Notes: generated by a model from the sequence alone, not told the origin. A DNA stretch of 64,000 bases from an uncultured delta proteobacterium (GCA_963778115.1 CAVZSV010000004.1:1184001-1248000); one strand, 5' to 3'; positions 1-10,353 are shown, counted from the first letter of the stretch. Numbers and translations: made by a program.

Positions 1-77
1 CAGGGAAGCGCGACGATGGTGTCTCCAATGCTTCCCAACCGATAAATCAGAATGCGTTTTGAATCTCTTAGTCCCAT
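1..77 (-). CDS. Glycosyltransferase family 9 (heptosyltransferase-like), N-terminal fragment running off the window edge
   Basis: Manual translation from ATG at 77: MGLRDSKRILIYRLGSIGDTIVALP, the typical GT9 N-terminal motif. Starts 6 nt after the stop of the upstream GT; hldE is nearby. Not in the ORF track. Confidence 0.8.
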   Translation of the reverse strand, partial: MGLRDSKRILIYRLGSIGDTIVALP

Positions 78-83
78 TCTAAT

Positions 84-1124
84 TTAGGCCGCTTTCTTAA
101 GGTGTATCAGTTCTGCTAGGGCCGTTCTTAGGCGTTCCGGATAACTGTATCCCGAAGTGAGGCACCTCAGGCGCCCCGCTTTACTTATTTTAATTCTCTC
201 ATCAGTATGATCGCGATAATAGATCGCTTTTTGGATGAGTTCTGCATCTGAGCTGAAAAATTCGGCCTCTTTCCCCTCTTTAAAAAGAGCGAGGTGTTCT
301 TCGGTACGTTCCGCGAGGAAAAATCCTCCGCACGCGGGGATCTCCAAGGATCGGTTGGTTTGTTGGTCACGGTTGATTTTCCTTAGGAAGCCCAAATTAA
401 TATCAAATGAGCTAATCGCTCTTAGATAGTCCTCTGCTTCGACCGGTGCATATTCTATTTTCAATGGGGGCGGGCAGTTCTGCAACTGTGGCCAATTATT
501 TCCCCAAACGCGGACGGGCAATCCTGCCTGGGCCAGTTTTCTAATGGATTGTTCTCTTTGGCTTTCCCAGGTTCCAATAAATCCGACTAGCCCCCCTAGA
601 CGAGCCTTTTCCTGCAAAGATAGCGATAACGGACGATGGAAATTCGGATCATATCCGTTAGGAGAAAAGAAAACTCTCGGACAACCCATGGCGGTCAATT
701 CGCGGACGCCGAAAGATTTCGTGGTAAAAAACGCATCGTAATAAGAGAGCCCTCTCAGAAAATTTCGCGATTGATTGTGTCTCGCCTTCATATCGTCGCA
801 AGCATAACCGGCTATCAGGCAGGTAGGGAAATTCTTGCGAACGAACTTCAGGGTTTCGGGCCAGACACACAGCGCCTTATCCAGCCATAGAACGTCGAAA
901 GCTTGATTCTCCATGGCCTTAGCCACTCGCGCGTTCACATGATTGAGATCGGGGTAAATGAGTAGCTTTCTCAGAATTCGATATTTCAGCGAAGCATCGA
1001 TGCTTTTCGCATTTTCCGGATCGGGACTAATAGCAGTCACGCGATGTCCCAGCTCGCTAAAAGCCGTGCATCTTTGTAAAGATGTCGAACCCAAATGAAG
1101 TTTACCTACGTAAAGAATATTCAT
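84..1124 (-). CDS. CgeB-like glycosyltransferase (Glyco_trans_1_2 type)
   Basis: VGFIGTWE, INLGFLRKINRDQQTNRSLEIPACGGFFLAERTEEH, GKEAEFFSS motifs. Confidence 0.85.
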   Translation of the reverse strand: MNILYVGKLHLGSTSLQRCTAFSELGHRVTAISPDPENAKSIDASLKYRILRKLLIYPDLNHVNARVAKAMENQAFDVLWLDKALCVWPETLKFVRKNFPTCLIAGYACDDMKARHNQSRNFLRGLSYYDAFFTTKSFGVRELTAMGCPRVFFSPNGYDPNFHRPLSLSLQEKARLGGLVGFIGTWESQREQSIRKLAQAGLPVRVWGNNWPQLQNCPPPLKIEYAPVEAEDYLRAISSFDINLGFLRKINRDQQTNRSLEIPACGGFFLAERTEEHLALFKEGKEAEFFSSDAELIQKAIYYRDHTDERIKISKAGRLRCLTSGYSYPERLRTALAELIHLKKAA

Positions 1125-1347
1125 TTTATTGGATCATTCGAGCCATTGAAGCTGTTTTGACGCCAAGAGCCAATCAGAGCGTATCTGTCTGGTCACTTAT
1201 CGACCCCAATACTAACTCTCTAAAGGTAATCGAAATGGGCAACAAGAGGGGGGCGGTGGAAGCCGTATTAGAAAAAAGAATCATCCTGGGATCTTACTTA
1301 ATTATTGGATTTTTTAAGACGATAAGCTGAAGAAGGTGACGTATCAA

Positions 1348-2565
1348 ATGAAGCTTCTCTATCTAGTCAGCCATCCGATTCAATATCAAGCACCTCTGTT
1401 ACGCCTAATCGCCAAAGAGCCTTTGATCGAGCTAAAAGTGCTGTTCCGACGGGGCTACTCCAAGGGGGTCCATCTAGATCCTGGATTTGGAGTTCAGATC
1501 CAATGGGATGTTCCTTTGATAGAGGGATACCAGCACGAATTCATAGAGGACGAGTTAAAGGCTGTCTCCCCCTATTCGTGGCGTCAAAATGTTCGGTATT
1601 GGAAACGAAAGCTAACTATCGAGCATCCCGACGCGCTTTGGCTCCACGGATATAATCCGCTCACTCACACGGCAGCCTTGTATGTCGCTCGTTCCATGGG
1701 AATTAAAACTTTGTTGCGAACGGATTCTCACTTAGGAGATCGCCGTCGCAGCATTCTAAAGCAATTGGTAAAGCGGCTAATTCTGCCCCGAATTTTTTCT
1801 CGAGTTGACGCTTTTCTCTGTATCGGCACCCTTAATAAGAAATACTTTAGATACTACGGCGCGGCCGAGCAGAAACTTCACCTAATGCCCTATGCCGTAG
1901 ACAACGAATATTTCTCAAGCCGTGCGAAAAAGGCGGAAAAGACGAAATCGGATTTAAAGAAAGAACTTTCAATCGAGGAAGGTAGGCCCATTATCCTTTT
2001 TGCCAGCAAGTTAATCTCAAGGAAGCGACCAAACGATCTCCTCCAGGCCTTTTTGGGAGTCGCTCAAATGAAAACCCTTCGACCTTATCTTCTCTTTGTT
2101 GGCGAGGGTCCTCAAAGGGCCGCCCTTGAAAAAGAGGTCGCTCGTACTGGAAATGACTCCATACGGTTCTTGGGATTTCGAAACCAATCGGAACTACCCA
2201 TATGCTACTCTCTTTGTGATCTTTTCGTCTTGCCCTCGATATACGAGCCTTGGGGGCTCATCGTTAATGAAGTGATGGCTTGCGGCAAAGTAGTTGTGGT
2301 GAGTGACGAAGTGGGCTGCTCCCCGGATCTCATCCAAAATGGACTCAACGGCTTTTGTTTTCAAGCACGAAGCGTTCCATCTCTAAGACAGGTTTTGCAA
2401 AAAGCGCTGGAACGTCTTGAGGGATTTCCTCTACTAGAGCAAAGAGCGAAACAGACGATGGAATTTTGGTCATTTGAACAAGATATAAAAGTGCTGCGCG
2501 GAGTATTTGCCCAACTTGGAGCTAAACCTCAGGAGCCTGGCAGTTCGTGGGGAAAACGATCCTAA
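1348..2565 (+). CDS. Glycosyltransferase family 4
   Basis: SHPIQYQAP N-terminus; DLFVLPSIYEPWGLIVNEVMACG (E-x7-E). ATG at 1348 preferred over GTG at 1336. Confidence 0.9.
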   Translation: MKLLYLVSHPIQYQAPLLRLIAKEPLIELKVLFRRGYSKGVHLDPGFGVQIQWDVPLIEGYQHEFIEDELKAVSPYSWRQNVRYWKRKLTIEHPDALWLHGYNPLTHTAALYVARSMGIKTLLRTDSHLGDRRRSILKQLVKRLILPRIFSRVDAFLCIGTLNKKYFRYYGAAEQKLHLMPYAVDNEYFSSRAKKAEKTKSDLKKELSIEEGRPIILFASKLISRKRPNDLLQAFLGVAQMKTLRPYLLFVGEGPQRAALEKEVARTGNDSIRFLGFRNQSELPICYSLCDLFVLPSIYEPWGLIVNEVMACGKVVVVSDEVGCSPDLIQNGLNGFCFQARSVPSLRQVLQKALERLEGFPLLEQRAKQTMEFWSFEQDIKVLRGVFAQLGAKPQEPGSSWGKRS

Positions 2566-4073
2566 GCGTTTGCAGCACGTTTTCTAAGAGAAGTAGAGCT
2601 ATACCCCAATAGCGGCGGGATGATTACAATTTGGGTTCCCACTCTTTTTAATTCCTTAAGCTCCGTAATTTTCTCCAAAGGCTGGTCGCCGCCTTTGAAG
2701 TACAAATCAGGTTTCACCTCCGAAATGAGCCTATCCGCGGTCGATTCGGAAAAAATAGTCACGTAATCCACCGAAGCAAAGCCAGCTAAAATGGCAGCAC
2801 GATCCCTTTCCGCCTGAAGCGGCTCCATCCCGGAACGAATCCGACGAGCGCTTTCATCTGAATTAAGAGCGACCACCAGAATATCGCACTCTCTTTTTGC
2901 TGACTGAAGAAGATGCAAATTTCCGGAATGAATAAGATCAAAGCAGCCGTTGGTAAATCCAATAACCTTTTTTTCCCTTCGAAGCAGATCTACCACCGAG
3001 ACCAATTCCGCTTGAGTTAATATTTTTTCAGGGCGAGTCCCTTGCGTGAAGCTTTTAAACTCGGCCAAGAACTCTGAAGTAGAGACAGTCGCTGCCCCTG
3101 GCTTTCCACAGACTATTCCCGACGCTAAATTACTGAGTTCGACACCCCTCACGAAATCGATTTCCGACGCCATCGCCATGGCGAGAAAAGCTATCATCGT
3201 ATCGCCCGCTCCACTAACGTCAGCCACTTGTCTGGCAGGAGCCAGGTATTGAATGCCTTTTTGGTTCAATTTTCCCTTGGCGTAGACCCCTTGCTCGGAA
3301 AGGCTCAAAACCACGTTCTCAATTTTTGTCGATTTTATGATGTGATCACAGATACGAGAAGCTTCCAGCGATATCTCTTTGAATTTTTCTTCGGGATATT
3401 TTAAGCGAAAGTATTGCCGCCCTTCCCCGAGATTTGGCTTGATGACCGTGCTTCCGTCATACTTCGCCAAAGTTTGTGATTTGGGGTCCGTAATCACCGG
3501 AATGCGGTGTTTTCGACTCGCGGAAATAAGTTTTTTTATCAGCGAACTAGTAAGGAAACCCTTGGCATAATCGGAGAGAATCAAAGCTTTCTTTTTCTTG
3601 GATTTCGCGAAATCAAGAAAGAGCAGAAGTGCTTCGTCTTCTTCCTCAGAGGTCAATAGCTCTACTCTCTCCGTATCGATGCGAATCAGTTGTTGATGCC
3701 CTACTCGAAGACGGGTCTTTCGAGTCGTGGGTACCAAAGCCGAAGTGATAAGGGAATGAGAATGAATCCCCGCCTTCTCGCACAAATCCCTGATAAAGCG
3801 CCCCCCTTCGTCCTCGCCTATGCGACCTAACAGAGTGACTTCGGCATTAAAAGCGGCAACATTGGCGGCAACGTTACCCGCTCCCCCCAACATATGTTCC
3901 ACATGATCTTGAAGCAGTACCGGGACCGGCGCCTCCGGCGAAATTCGAGACACGTTGCCCTGAAGATATTCATCCAACATAAGATCGCCTGCGACAAAAA
4001 GGGAGGTATTGCTCATGCGGGCCAAATCAGAAACTACATTTGACGCGTCTAAAGTAGGAGTTTTCTTTTTCAT
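2562..4073 (-). CDS. hldE: Bifunctional heptose-7-phosphate kinase / heptose-1-phosphate adenylyltransferase
   Basis: GDLMLDEY..RISPEAPVPV, GGAGNVAAN, LSDYAKG, DVSGAGD kinase motifs; C-terminal FTNGCFDLIH domain with HxGH altered to HSGN. Confidence 0.92.
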   Translation of the reverse strand: MKKKTPTLDASNVVSDLARMSNTSLFVAGDLMLDEYLQGNVSRISPEAPVPVLLQDHVEHMLGGAGNVAANVAAFNAEVTLLGRIGEDEGGRFIRDLCEKAGIHSHSLITSALVPTTRKTRLRVGHQQLIRIDTERVELLTSEEEDEALLLFLDFAKSKKKKALILSDYAKGFLTSSLIKKLISASRKHRIPVITDPKSQTLAKYDGSTVIKPNLGEGRQYFRLKYPEEKFKEISLEASRICDHIIKSTKIENVVLSLSEQGVYAKGKLNQKGIQYLAPARQVADVSGAGDTMIAFLAMAMASEIDFVRGVELSNLASGIVCGKPGAATVSTSEFLAEFKSFTQGTRPEKILTQAELVSVVDLLRREKKVIGFTNGCFDLIHSGNLHLLQSAKRECDILVVALNSDESARRIRSGMEPLQAERDRAAILAGFASVDYVTIFSESTADRLISEVKPDLYFKGGDQPLEKITELKELKRVGTQIVIIPPLLGYSSTSLRKRAANA

Positions 4074-4168
4074 GAAATAAGAGGTATCAGCGTATTTTTC
4101 TTAAGTTTCTTACTCTTCTTATCGGCACGAAGGCAGCCTTTGGTTAGTGACGATTATGTGGAGGGGCG

Positions 4169-5041
4169 TCACGACCTCTTTTTTTGCAAGAGCGCGTAAC
4201 CGCTCATTCTGAGCAAGTGCTCTTTTTTAGATCGAGAAAGAAAAATGGCCAGAAATCGATAGTACCATCGCGTAGGAATTTGCCGCCCAAGGCTAAAGCT
4301 CTCAATCGGCAAATAACGAAGTTCTTTGGGCTCCCAGCCACGCCCCCCATAAAAGGCCGCCCAGTCTTTGGGGAAAAATTGAAATGGCGCGTTATCTTTT
4401 AGAAGTTTTGCGATCCGCCCTTTCCGAAGCAGCTTCAAAAAGTACTGCGAAAAATAGTCCACAACCCACCATCTGAAATTCGATTGCAGCGCCAGCCCAC
4501 TCGCCAAAGAAGCCGCCTGTTCGTTGGTCAGATAAGGAACGACTCCTTCGGTCAACACTAGAATATTTTTCCCTTTGGTGTTCACTTCCGCAAGGAACTT
4601 ATTTCTGGCAATTTCATCGGATAGATCGACGGCGATCCGCTCCAGGGAACATTTTGGTATCTCTTGTGCCAAACGCTCCGTTTTGAATTGAATCATATGG
4701 GCAAAATCGGCTTCGATCCATTTAAGATGAGAAGGCAAATTCATCCGGTAAGGACGGGTGTCAAGCCCCGCCCCCAAATTCAACACGATATCCACACCCT
4801 CGGCAATTCGCTCGCTAAGGTAACGATCGATGATGACGGTGCGGATGGTAACCGACCATCTGACCTCTTCAGCGTTCATCCGCTTGGCGATCTCTTCTCC
4901 TCGGGAGCCCGCTAAGACTGCGGCAAGAGGATCGTGAAAAAGTGCGTCTTTACGATTGCCTTCCTGATAACGATACGCCGCAATCCAAAAGGCGGTATCG
5001 GAAACATGCTGAATCGGCTTATCGGCGGAGGCAGTTACCAT
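4169..5041 (-). CDS. SAM-dependent methyltransferase, LCM/TIGR00027-like
   Basis: VSDTAFWIAAYR, DPLAAVLAG, VLNLGAGLDTRPYR, LTEGVVPYL. Confidence 0.9.
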   Translation of the reverse strand: MVTASADKPIQHVSDTAFWIAAYRYQEGNRKDALFHDPLAAVLAGSRGEEIAKRMNAEEVRWSVTIRTVIIDRYLSERIAEGVDIVLNLGAGLDTRPYRMNLPSHLKWIEADFAHMIQFKTERLAQEIPKCSLERIAVDLSDEIARNKFLAEVNTKGKNILVLTEGVVPYLTNEQAASLASGLALQSNFRWWVVDYFSQYFLKLLRKGRIAKLLKDNAPFQFFPKDWAAFYGGRGWEPKELRYLPIESFSLGRQIPTRWYYRFLAIFLSRSKKEHLLRMSGYALLQKKRS

Positions 5042-5064
5042 GCACAGAGATTATGACAAACTCT

Positions 5065-5622
5065 CTACTCTGCCAACCCACGAGATCTTTTTTCATTTTC
5101 AATAACTAAAACCGCTACGGACGGCTTCGCATTATTTTGAATTTGTGCAGCAATAGGATCCTCAGTAGCCGTGGCATCTCCCTTTACTCTAGAATCCTCC
5201 GAGTGGAAGAGCCGACTGACAGGATTAGCGCGCGCGGCCATATTAAAAGTGTCCACGTTAAGCCTTAGATGATTTTCCAGAAAGTCTTTAAGCTTAGCTT
5301 CACGATCCGTTGCAAGAGCTTCCTCGTCCTTCGACTGACTCTCGTTCCCCTCTCGCTCCTTATCCGCCCAAACCGCAGCATAGACCTTTGCTATTTTGTT
5401 GCCTTTTTTATCATGAGTGACGAACTCCTGAATTTTCTGCTTCATGGCAGGGGTAACTTCACTGCTGCCTTGGGAAAAATCGACCACTAAAGTGGGCAAG
5501 GTTGGGTTACCCGCCCCGAGTGCCGATAAACCGAATAAAAAAGCGAATGAAATCATTAACACCGAGTACAAGATGAGGCCAAACTCAGCGCGTTTTCGAA
5601 GGCGGTTTAAGGTATAGAGCAT
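5065..5622 (-). CDS. Exported hypothetical protein with weak OmpA-C-like features
   Basis: N-terminal hydrophobic segment; VDFSQGSSEV and LATDREAKLK resemble OmpA-C elements; GGAG RBS and sigma54 promoter upstream. Confidence 0.6.
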   Translation of the reverse strand: MLYTLNRLRKRAEFGLILYSVLMISFAFLFGLSALGAGNPTLPTLVVDFSQGSSEVTPAMKQKIQEFVTHDKKGNKIAKVYAAVWADKEREGNESQSKDEEALATDREAKLKDFLENHLRLNVDTFNMAARANPVSRLFHSEDSRVKGDATATEDPIAAQIQNNAKPSVAVLVIENEKRSRGLAE

Positions 5623-5669
5623 AAATATCTTCTCCTTGTTTCAGGGTTTCTGCTAGAACTCTGTTTAGT

Positions 5670-5685
5670 TGCAATCCCGGTGCCA
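5670..5685 (-). promoter_or_regulatory. Sigma54 -24/-12 promoter
   Basis: Minus strand reads TGGCACCGGGATTGCA (consensus TGGCACG-N4-TTGCW), about 48 nt upstream of the ATG at 5622. Confidence 0.8.
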
Positions 5686-5723
5686 TTGGCTGCACGGAAG
5701 TTAAGTTAAAGCTGAGGAAGACA

Positions 5724-6152
5724 ATGCCAGAACGAACGGCCCCAAGAATGACGAGTGCGAAGGATACCCAGGTCATAGCCGAGTTGCGCCGAGCTCACCA
5801 ATCGATCTCGGAACTGGTCACCCAGGGCGAACTCTGCAAGACACTTTCTGAACAAAAACATCTTGCGGAAATATTGTACAGAGCTCTTGAGAGATATTTT
5901 TCCACGATCGAAGTCATTATCTTTCCCGGTCTAGCGAGGCGACCCGGCGGCAAGCCCGTAGCGGAGTCTCTTTTGGAGCAGAATAATCAATTAAGAGATC
6001 TTGTGGCGACATTACCCTTTCTTGACGCCGCTTCAACCGAGTGGAGCAGCACTTTAAGTGCTATTTCCTCAGCGATTAGCGATCAGAAAAGGTACGAAGA
6101 AGGGGAAATTTTTCCTTTATTAGAACAGACTAGCATGAAGAGCAGCGCCTAG
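5724..6152 (+). CDS. Hemerythrin-like (HHE) domain protein with degenerate metal ligands
   Basis: LRRAHQSI ... IEVIIFP ... EEGEIFPLL repeat pattern typical of hemerythrin helices. Confidence 0.6.
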   Translation: MPERTAPRMTSAKDTQVIAELRRAHQSISELVTQGELCKTLSEQKHLAEILYRALERYFSTIEVIIFPGLARRPGGKPVAESLLEQNNQLRDLVATLPFLDAASTEWSSTLSAISSAISDQKRYEEGEIFPLLEQTSMKSSA

Positions 6153-6560
6153 TGGCCGATCTCGGTCTCATTCCATGGGACAAAAAGTCGCCCCAGAATC
6201 CTCCCAACACTCCCTCAAAACTCCCCCAAAACTCCGTTGACCCGATTTAGGAATTTGCGCTACGCTGTCGATACCGTCGTTTTGAGAGAGATTTCCAAGG
6301 TAGGTAAACCCTAAATTAAGATCTGTGGAAAAAGACAGCCAATATAGGACCGAGTCCACTTTTTTGCTCATTTTTAGCCTGATAGTTACTGCAGGAGCTT
6401 TACTCGTCTTCCTTCTGCTTTTCCGATGGCAAAGGCAGCAGCCCGTCACCGAACCGGGTTATACGGTTCATCGAATTCCCTAAAATTCCAACACTCCTTT
6501 CTTGTTGCGGCGCAATGCCATTATTGCCGAGGCCATGTCATACTGCGTGAAAGAGGGAAA

Positions 6561-7904
6561 ATGAAATCCGCACCGAGAAAGCGATCCTCCGCACAAGCCA
6601 AATCGAACGCAGATTGCTCTCCGGTGCGCCCGTTTTCATCGACCTCACTTGGTTGGAGAGAATCGATCCTATGGCAAAAAGCGATAAAACGAAATCCCAG
6701 AGAGGCCTTTTCCCAACTATTCGCGGCGCACGGAGAGCTTGTTCATCTATACCGTGGCATTAAGCCATTAGTCCTGATCCATCATCCGGAACTAGTCAAA
6801 GAGGTACTCGCAAATCAAGCCGACAACCTATCGAAGACAAGAAAGCGGCGTCCCGTTTTCGGAAATGGTCTTGTCACTAGCGAGGGAGTCGAATGGGTCG
6901 CCCAACGAGAGATGGGACGAGATTTCTTCGCCTCTTTCGAGATGTCGGATGATGATTTTTTAAAGTCCTTTACTCAAGCCACAAAGCGCCTCAATGAAAA
7001 AGCAAAACGCCATGAGCCCTTCTGTCTATTTTCGGAAATTGGCGCCGAGGTTTTAGCCTTTACGACTCAGCAGCTTCTGGGAATAGCCCTCTCTGACGAG
7101 TCCTCACGGATTATTCGAAGCTCGGTAGACGTCTTAATAAAGAAACGGGCTCCTTGGTACCGTCTTCTATTGTCCCCTCGGTCCAATCAGCCCTTCGATT
7201 CCGCTCTTCGAAACTACAGAAATGAAGTGACAAAATTGATCGAGCTTTCGCTCCAATCACCTGGTGAGAACTTAACCAAGTTTCTAAGGGACCGTATGCG
7301 ACAAAGCGGATTAAAAGTACCGCTTTTCGATCAAGTATCTACTTACTTACTCGCTTCGCATGATACGACGACGTCACAGTTATCTTCTGCCCTGTGCTTA
7401 ATCGCCTCGCACTCTTGCCTACAAACAGAATTATCCTCCTCCTTGCGGCAGGAAAAAGAACAGAAAAAAGTAAGAGCGCGTATCAGAAATATCATTAAAG
7501 AGGCTATGCGGTTATGGCCGCCAGTTTGGTTAATGTCCCGGGAAGTGAAAAACTCTTTTTCTTTAGGCGATCGGCGGCTTAGAAAAGGAACTGAAATCGC
7601 TTGGGTGCCTTTTCTCTTGCACCGCCATCCCGATTATTGGAAATCTCCAGACACCTTTATTCCAGATCGCTTTTCCAATCTCGAAGAGCAGACGACCAGC
7701 TACTTTCCCTTTGGGTTTGGTCCGAGAAGCTGCATCGGGGCACACGTTTCGTTGTCATTGGGAGTAAACCTCTTATCCGCTTGGCTGACTCAGTTTGAAG
7801 TCCATGTTGCGCGCGATAGCTTTCAGCCGGAATTTCATTTTGTGCTCAGACCGCGTTTACCACTTTTGGTGAGCCTTTCTCGAAGAGAACCATCGAAATC
7901 CTAA
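6561..7904 (+). CDS. Cytochrome P450
   Basis: I-helix ASHDTT, K-helix EAMRLWPP, FIPDRF, heme motif FPFGFGPRSCIG. ATG at 6561 follows GAGGG RBS; the ORF track start is 6426. Confidence 0.93.
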   Translation: MKSAPRKRSSAQAKSNADCSPVRPFSSTSLGWRESILWQKAIKRNPREAFSQLFAAHGELVHLYRGIKPLVLIHHPELVKEVLANQADNLSKTRKRRPVFGNGLVTSEGVEWVAQREMGRDFFASFEMSDDDFLKSFTQATKRLNEKAKRHEPFCLFSEIGAEVLAFTTQQLLGIALSDESSRIIRSSVDVLIKKRAPWYRLLLSPRSNQPFDSALRNYRNEVTKLIELSLQSPGENLTKFLRDRMRQSGLKVPLFDQVSTYLLASHDTTTSQLSSALCLIASHSCLQTELSSSLRQEKEQKKVRARIRNIIKEAMRLWPPVWLMSREVKNSFSLGDRRLRKGTEIAWVPFLLHRHPDYWKSPDTFIPDRFSNLEEQTTSYFPFGFGPRSCIGAHVSLSLGVNLLSAWLTQFEVHVARDSFQPEFHFVLRPRLPLLVSLSRREPSKS

Positions 7905-8683
7905 AACCATTTATGAAAGGTATAAAACGAACCCAGGGGATGCCACCCGACTTCGGTCCAAAGTCGTTGGATCAGCGTGTTCTGAATCTGAGTCGAGGTG
8001 AAAGCCTGCTTAACTCCACGATCTTTCACAATTTGTGTTCCCGCTTGGAGTAAAGCTCGATAAACACCTATCTGCCCTTTAGCGATTTTAGGATCGATGG
8101 CGGCAAGAGTGGCTTCTCCAATGGGGGAGGCGGCTCCGCATAATTTAGAAGCCCTAATGACAAGAACTCCGCAGCCCACTATTTTTCCTTTATCTTCAAC
8201 GACAATCAACTCCTGTCCCTGGTCCTTACCGTGGAAAGCAGATCTTACCCACTCCCGATAGAGCGCACCCTGATTGCGAGGATCAATTTTAGGATCGGAG
8301 CGATAGTGTGAAGGAAAAGCACTAAAACAACGCTCCGTAATATCCTCTAAGGCAGAAAGATCCGTCCTGGCCGCCATTCGAAATGCAAGGCGAGCAGCCC
8401 CTCCGAGTTTAGCAACTTCCTCTACTCGGCATCCGTAATAGACGAGAGTGTCGCACAATAGATATCCCCTTTCCGCCATTCGCGGAAGAAGCCTTGTCGC
8501 GTTCGTGGGCATCCGAAAGACTAGTAGCTTGGCCTTTGTCGACAGGGCCAACTTTTCTGCTTTCTCCACTTCCTCAAGCCTATCACTGGTAAGCCGCAGC
8601 ACCGGATAGCCTAAGATCTTACTATCCGTGGTCGATTCAGCAACGGAGGTAGATAGTATTTCAATTAAGTCGGACTCCCGCAT
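7901..8683 (-). CDS. GNAT acetyltransferase, WecD-like
   Basis: FPSHYRSDPKI..LYREWV and STQIQN..QRLWTEVGW..YTFHKW resemble TDP-fucosamine acetyltransferase relatives. Confidence 0.7.
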   Translation of the reverse strand: MRESDLIEILSTSVAESTTDSKILGYPVLRLTSDRLEEVEKAEKLALSTKAKLLVFRMPTNATRLLPRMAERGYLLCDTLVYYGCRVEEVAKLGGAARLAFRMAARTDLSALEDITERCFSAFPSHYRSDPKIDPRNQGALYREWVRSAFHGKDQGQELIVVEDKGKIVGCGVLVIRASKLCGAASPIGEATLAAIDPKIAKGQIGVYRALLQAGTQIVKDRGVKQAFTSTQIQNTLIQRLWTEVGWHPLGSFYTFHKWF

Positions 8684-8687
8684 TTCA

Positions 8688-9726
8688 CTACCTTTTTCTT
8701 CTGGCTCTTAACTTGGTTTCTGGTTGCTGAGTTTGCACTCGCCAAAATGAACGCAAGAAATTGCAAGTGACGGTCAAACTATTATTCGGTTCAAATGCTT
8801 TGTCGAAAGGTAACGCAATCGAATACTGCCTTGAGAGCGTTTCTTTATCAAATCCCTCTAGCTTATTGAGAGAGAAGTCGATTCTTGTCCCTGACGGCGA
8901 AATGAAAACAAATATTATGCTTAAGAAGGTCCAACTGCCTAACTGGAGTTTCCCGAATGGTTTTGCACGAAGCACCGTTTTTCTCCGAAAGATGTTTCCC
9001 ATAGCTTCCTTCACGCTCCAGATAAACTTCTTTACAGTAATGGCAGGTAATCTGATTTTTCGTCACTCGTTCACGAACGTGTTGGCTATAGTACCATCCT
9101 TGAAGTGACCATTTCCAATCGCTTTCAGGATCAAAAGCTTTCTGGGGAACGAAATCGACGAAGTGGAAAGTAGCTTTGCTCTGGGCCAGTACCTTTTGTG
9201 GTTCAGGAGAATAATAATATTCATCGCAATCCATTTGAAAAATATTTCCATAACGGAAAGAGAGATTGTCGAGTACTAGTCGCTTCAAGACGGGCCGAGT
9301 CACCTTGTGGAAATATTCGGGAACCGCACGCCGACGGTGCCGGTAGATAAGGAGATCGATAGAAATGCCATGAGAAAGTTCCCCGTAACTACGGTGGTGA
9401 GCACGGTACCGGATATCTGCCATCTGAGCTTGGGGTTCCTCCGGAAAGGAAACTTCACTCTCGTGCCCTTCGGTACAAAGCGCACGGACCCTACTTTCTA
9501 TGTCCTGAAGACATTCCTTATCGGTATAGCCTACGGCAAATACGAACTTCTTAATACCCCAGTAGTTGGCATAATAATTAACAAAGAACTCCATGGAATC
9601 GAACCGATCGCGAAAGATAGTACCCACACACGTTTCCGCGGGCGAAAGAACCCCTATCCGCATTAAAGGACGGCGAATTCTCCGCGAGATTGAACGGACT
9701 AACCGTTTGAGAATGGGATGACGCAT
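8688..9726 (-). pseudogene. Glycosyltransferase-like (GT2-related) gene split by an apparent frameshift near 8868-8875
   Basis: ORF 9726-8863 has FFVNYY, QMDCDEYYY (DxDE) and HFAVR motifs, then stops just after a (TC)4 tract. Another frame continues to 8688, 4 nt before the next ATG. Confidence 0.5.
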
Positions 9727-9966
9727 TGGGTTAATAATATAGAGTCCTTCTCCGTCTTTTCGGAATTATTAGAAGTTCGTATTAACCTTCACCTGCAAAT
9801 TTACGAAGGGTATCCTCATGCACCGAGATTGCTTCGTCGAGTCGCTTTGCTCCTGCCCCTTGTAATGAGAGCCTTGGGGGGCGCGCCGGTATTTTAAAAG
9901 TAACAATATTCGCCCCACCCGTACCGAAAAGCCCATTTTCGTCACGTCGTCCAAGGCTGCGACAGC

Positions 9967-9982
9967 CGGCATATCACTTGCA
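9967..9982 (+). promoter_or_regulatory. Sigma54 -24/-12 promoter
   Basis: CGGCATATCACTTGCA (GG-N10-GC), followed by GGAGG RBS and ATG at 10009. Confidence 0.7.
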
Positions 9983-10008
9983 CAGTTAGCCGAACGGAGG
10001 CCCTGGAT

Positions 10009-10341
10009 ATGAAAAGCTTTAAGCTTACCGTCCCTTCAAATTTGAATCAGCTTGCCGGAATTGCCGGCTTGGCGATCGTCGTATTAGCCACACTTGGTTT
10101 TCGCGGTTTTTGGCCGATTTGGACGCTTCCCGTGTTGGGAGCCTTTCTTGGTTTTTCTAAAGTGAGTGATGTGAAAGGCTTTCTGATCGCAGGTCTGGCA
10201 CTTGTGGGAGTGAAGTTCGCTTTGGGCCATCTTCCCTTTTTGGGAAACCTCGTTCAGGATTTCGTCCAAAACCTTATCGCTTTGGTAGCTCCTGCAATGC
10301 TGATTGTAGCAATTCGGTCGATCTACCAAGAGCTGAAGTAG
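10009..10341 (+). CDS. Small integral membrane protein (about 4 TM), unknown function
   Basis: GGAGG RBS; hydrophobic throughout. Confidence 0.75.
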   Translation: MKSFKLTVPSNLNQLAGIAGLAIVVLATLGFRGFWPIWTLPVLGAFLGFSKVSDVKGFLIAGLALVGVKFALGHLPFLGNLVQDFVQNLIALVAPAMLIVAIRSIYQELK

Positions 10342-10353
10342 CCGTCCGTATTT

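Noticed and set aside
6168..6449. 93-aa ORF as a peptide substrate for the adjacent P450
   Set aside because: No RBS, no precursor-like motif, and no other biosynthetic genes nearby.
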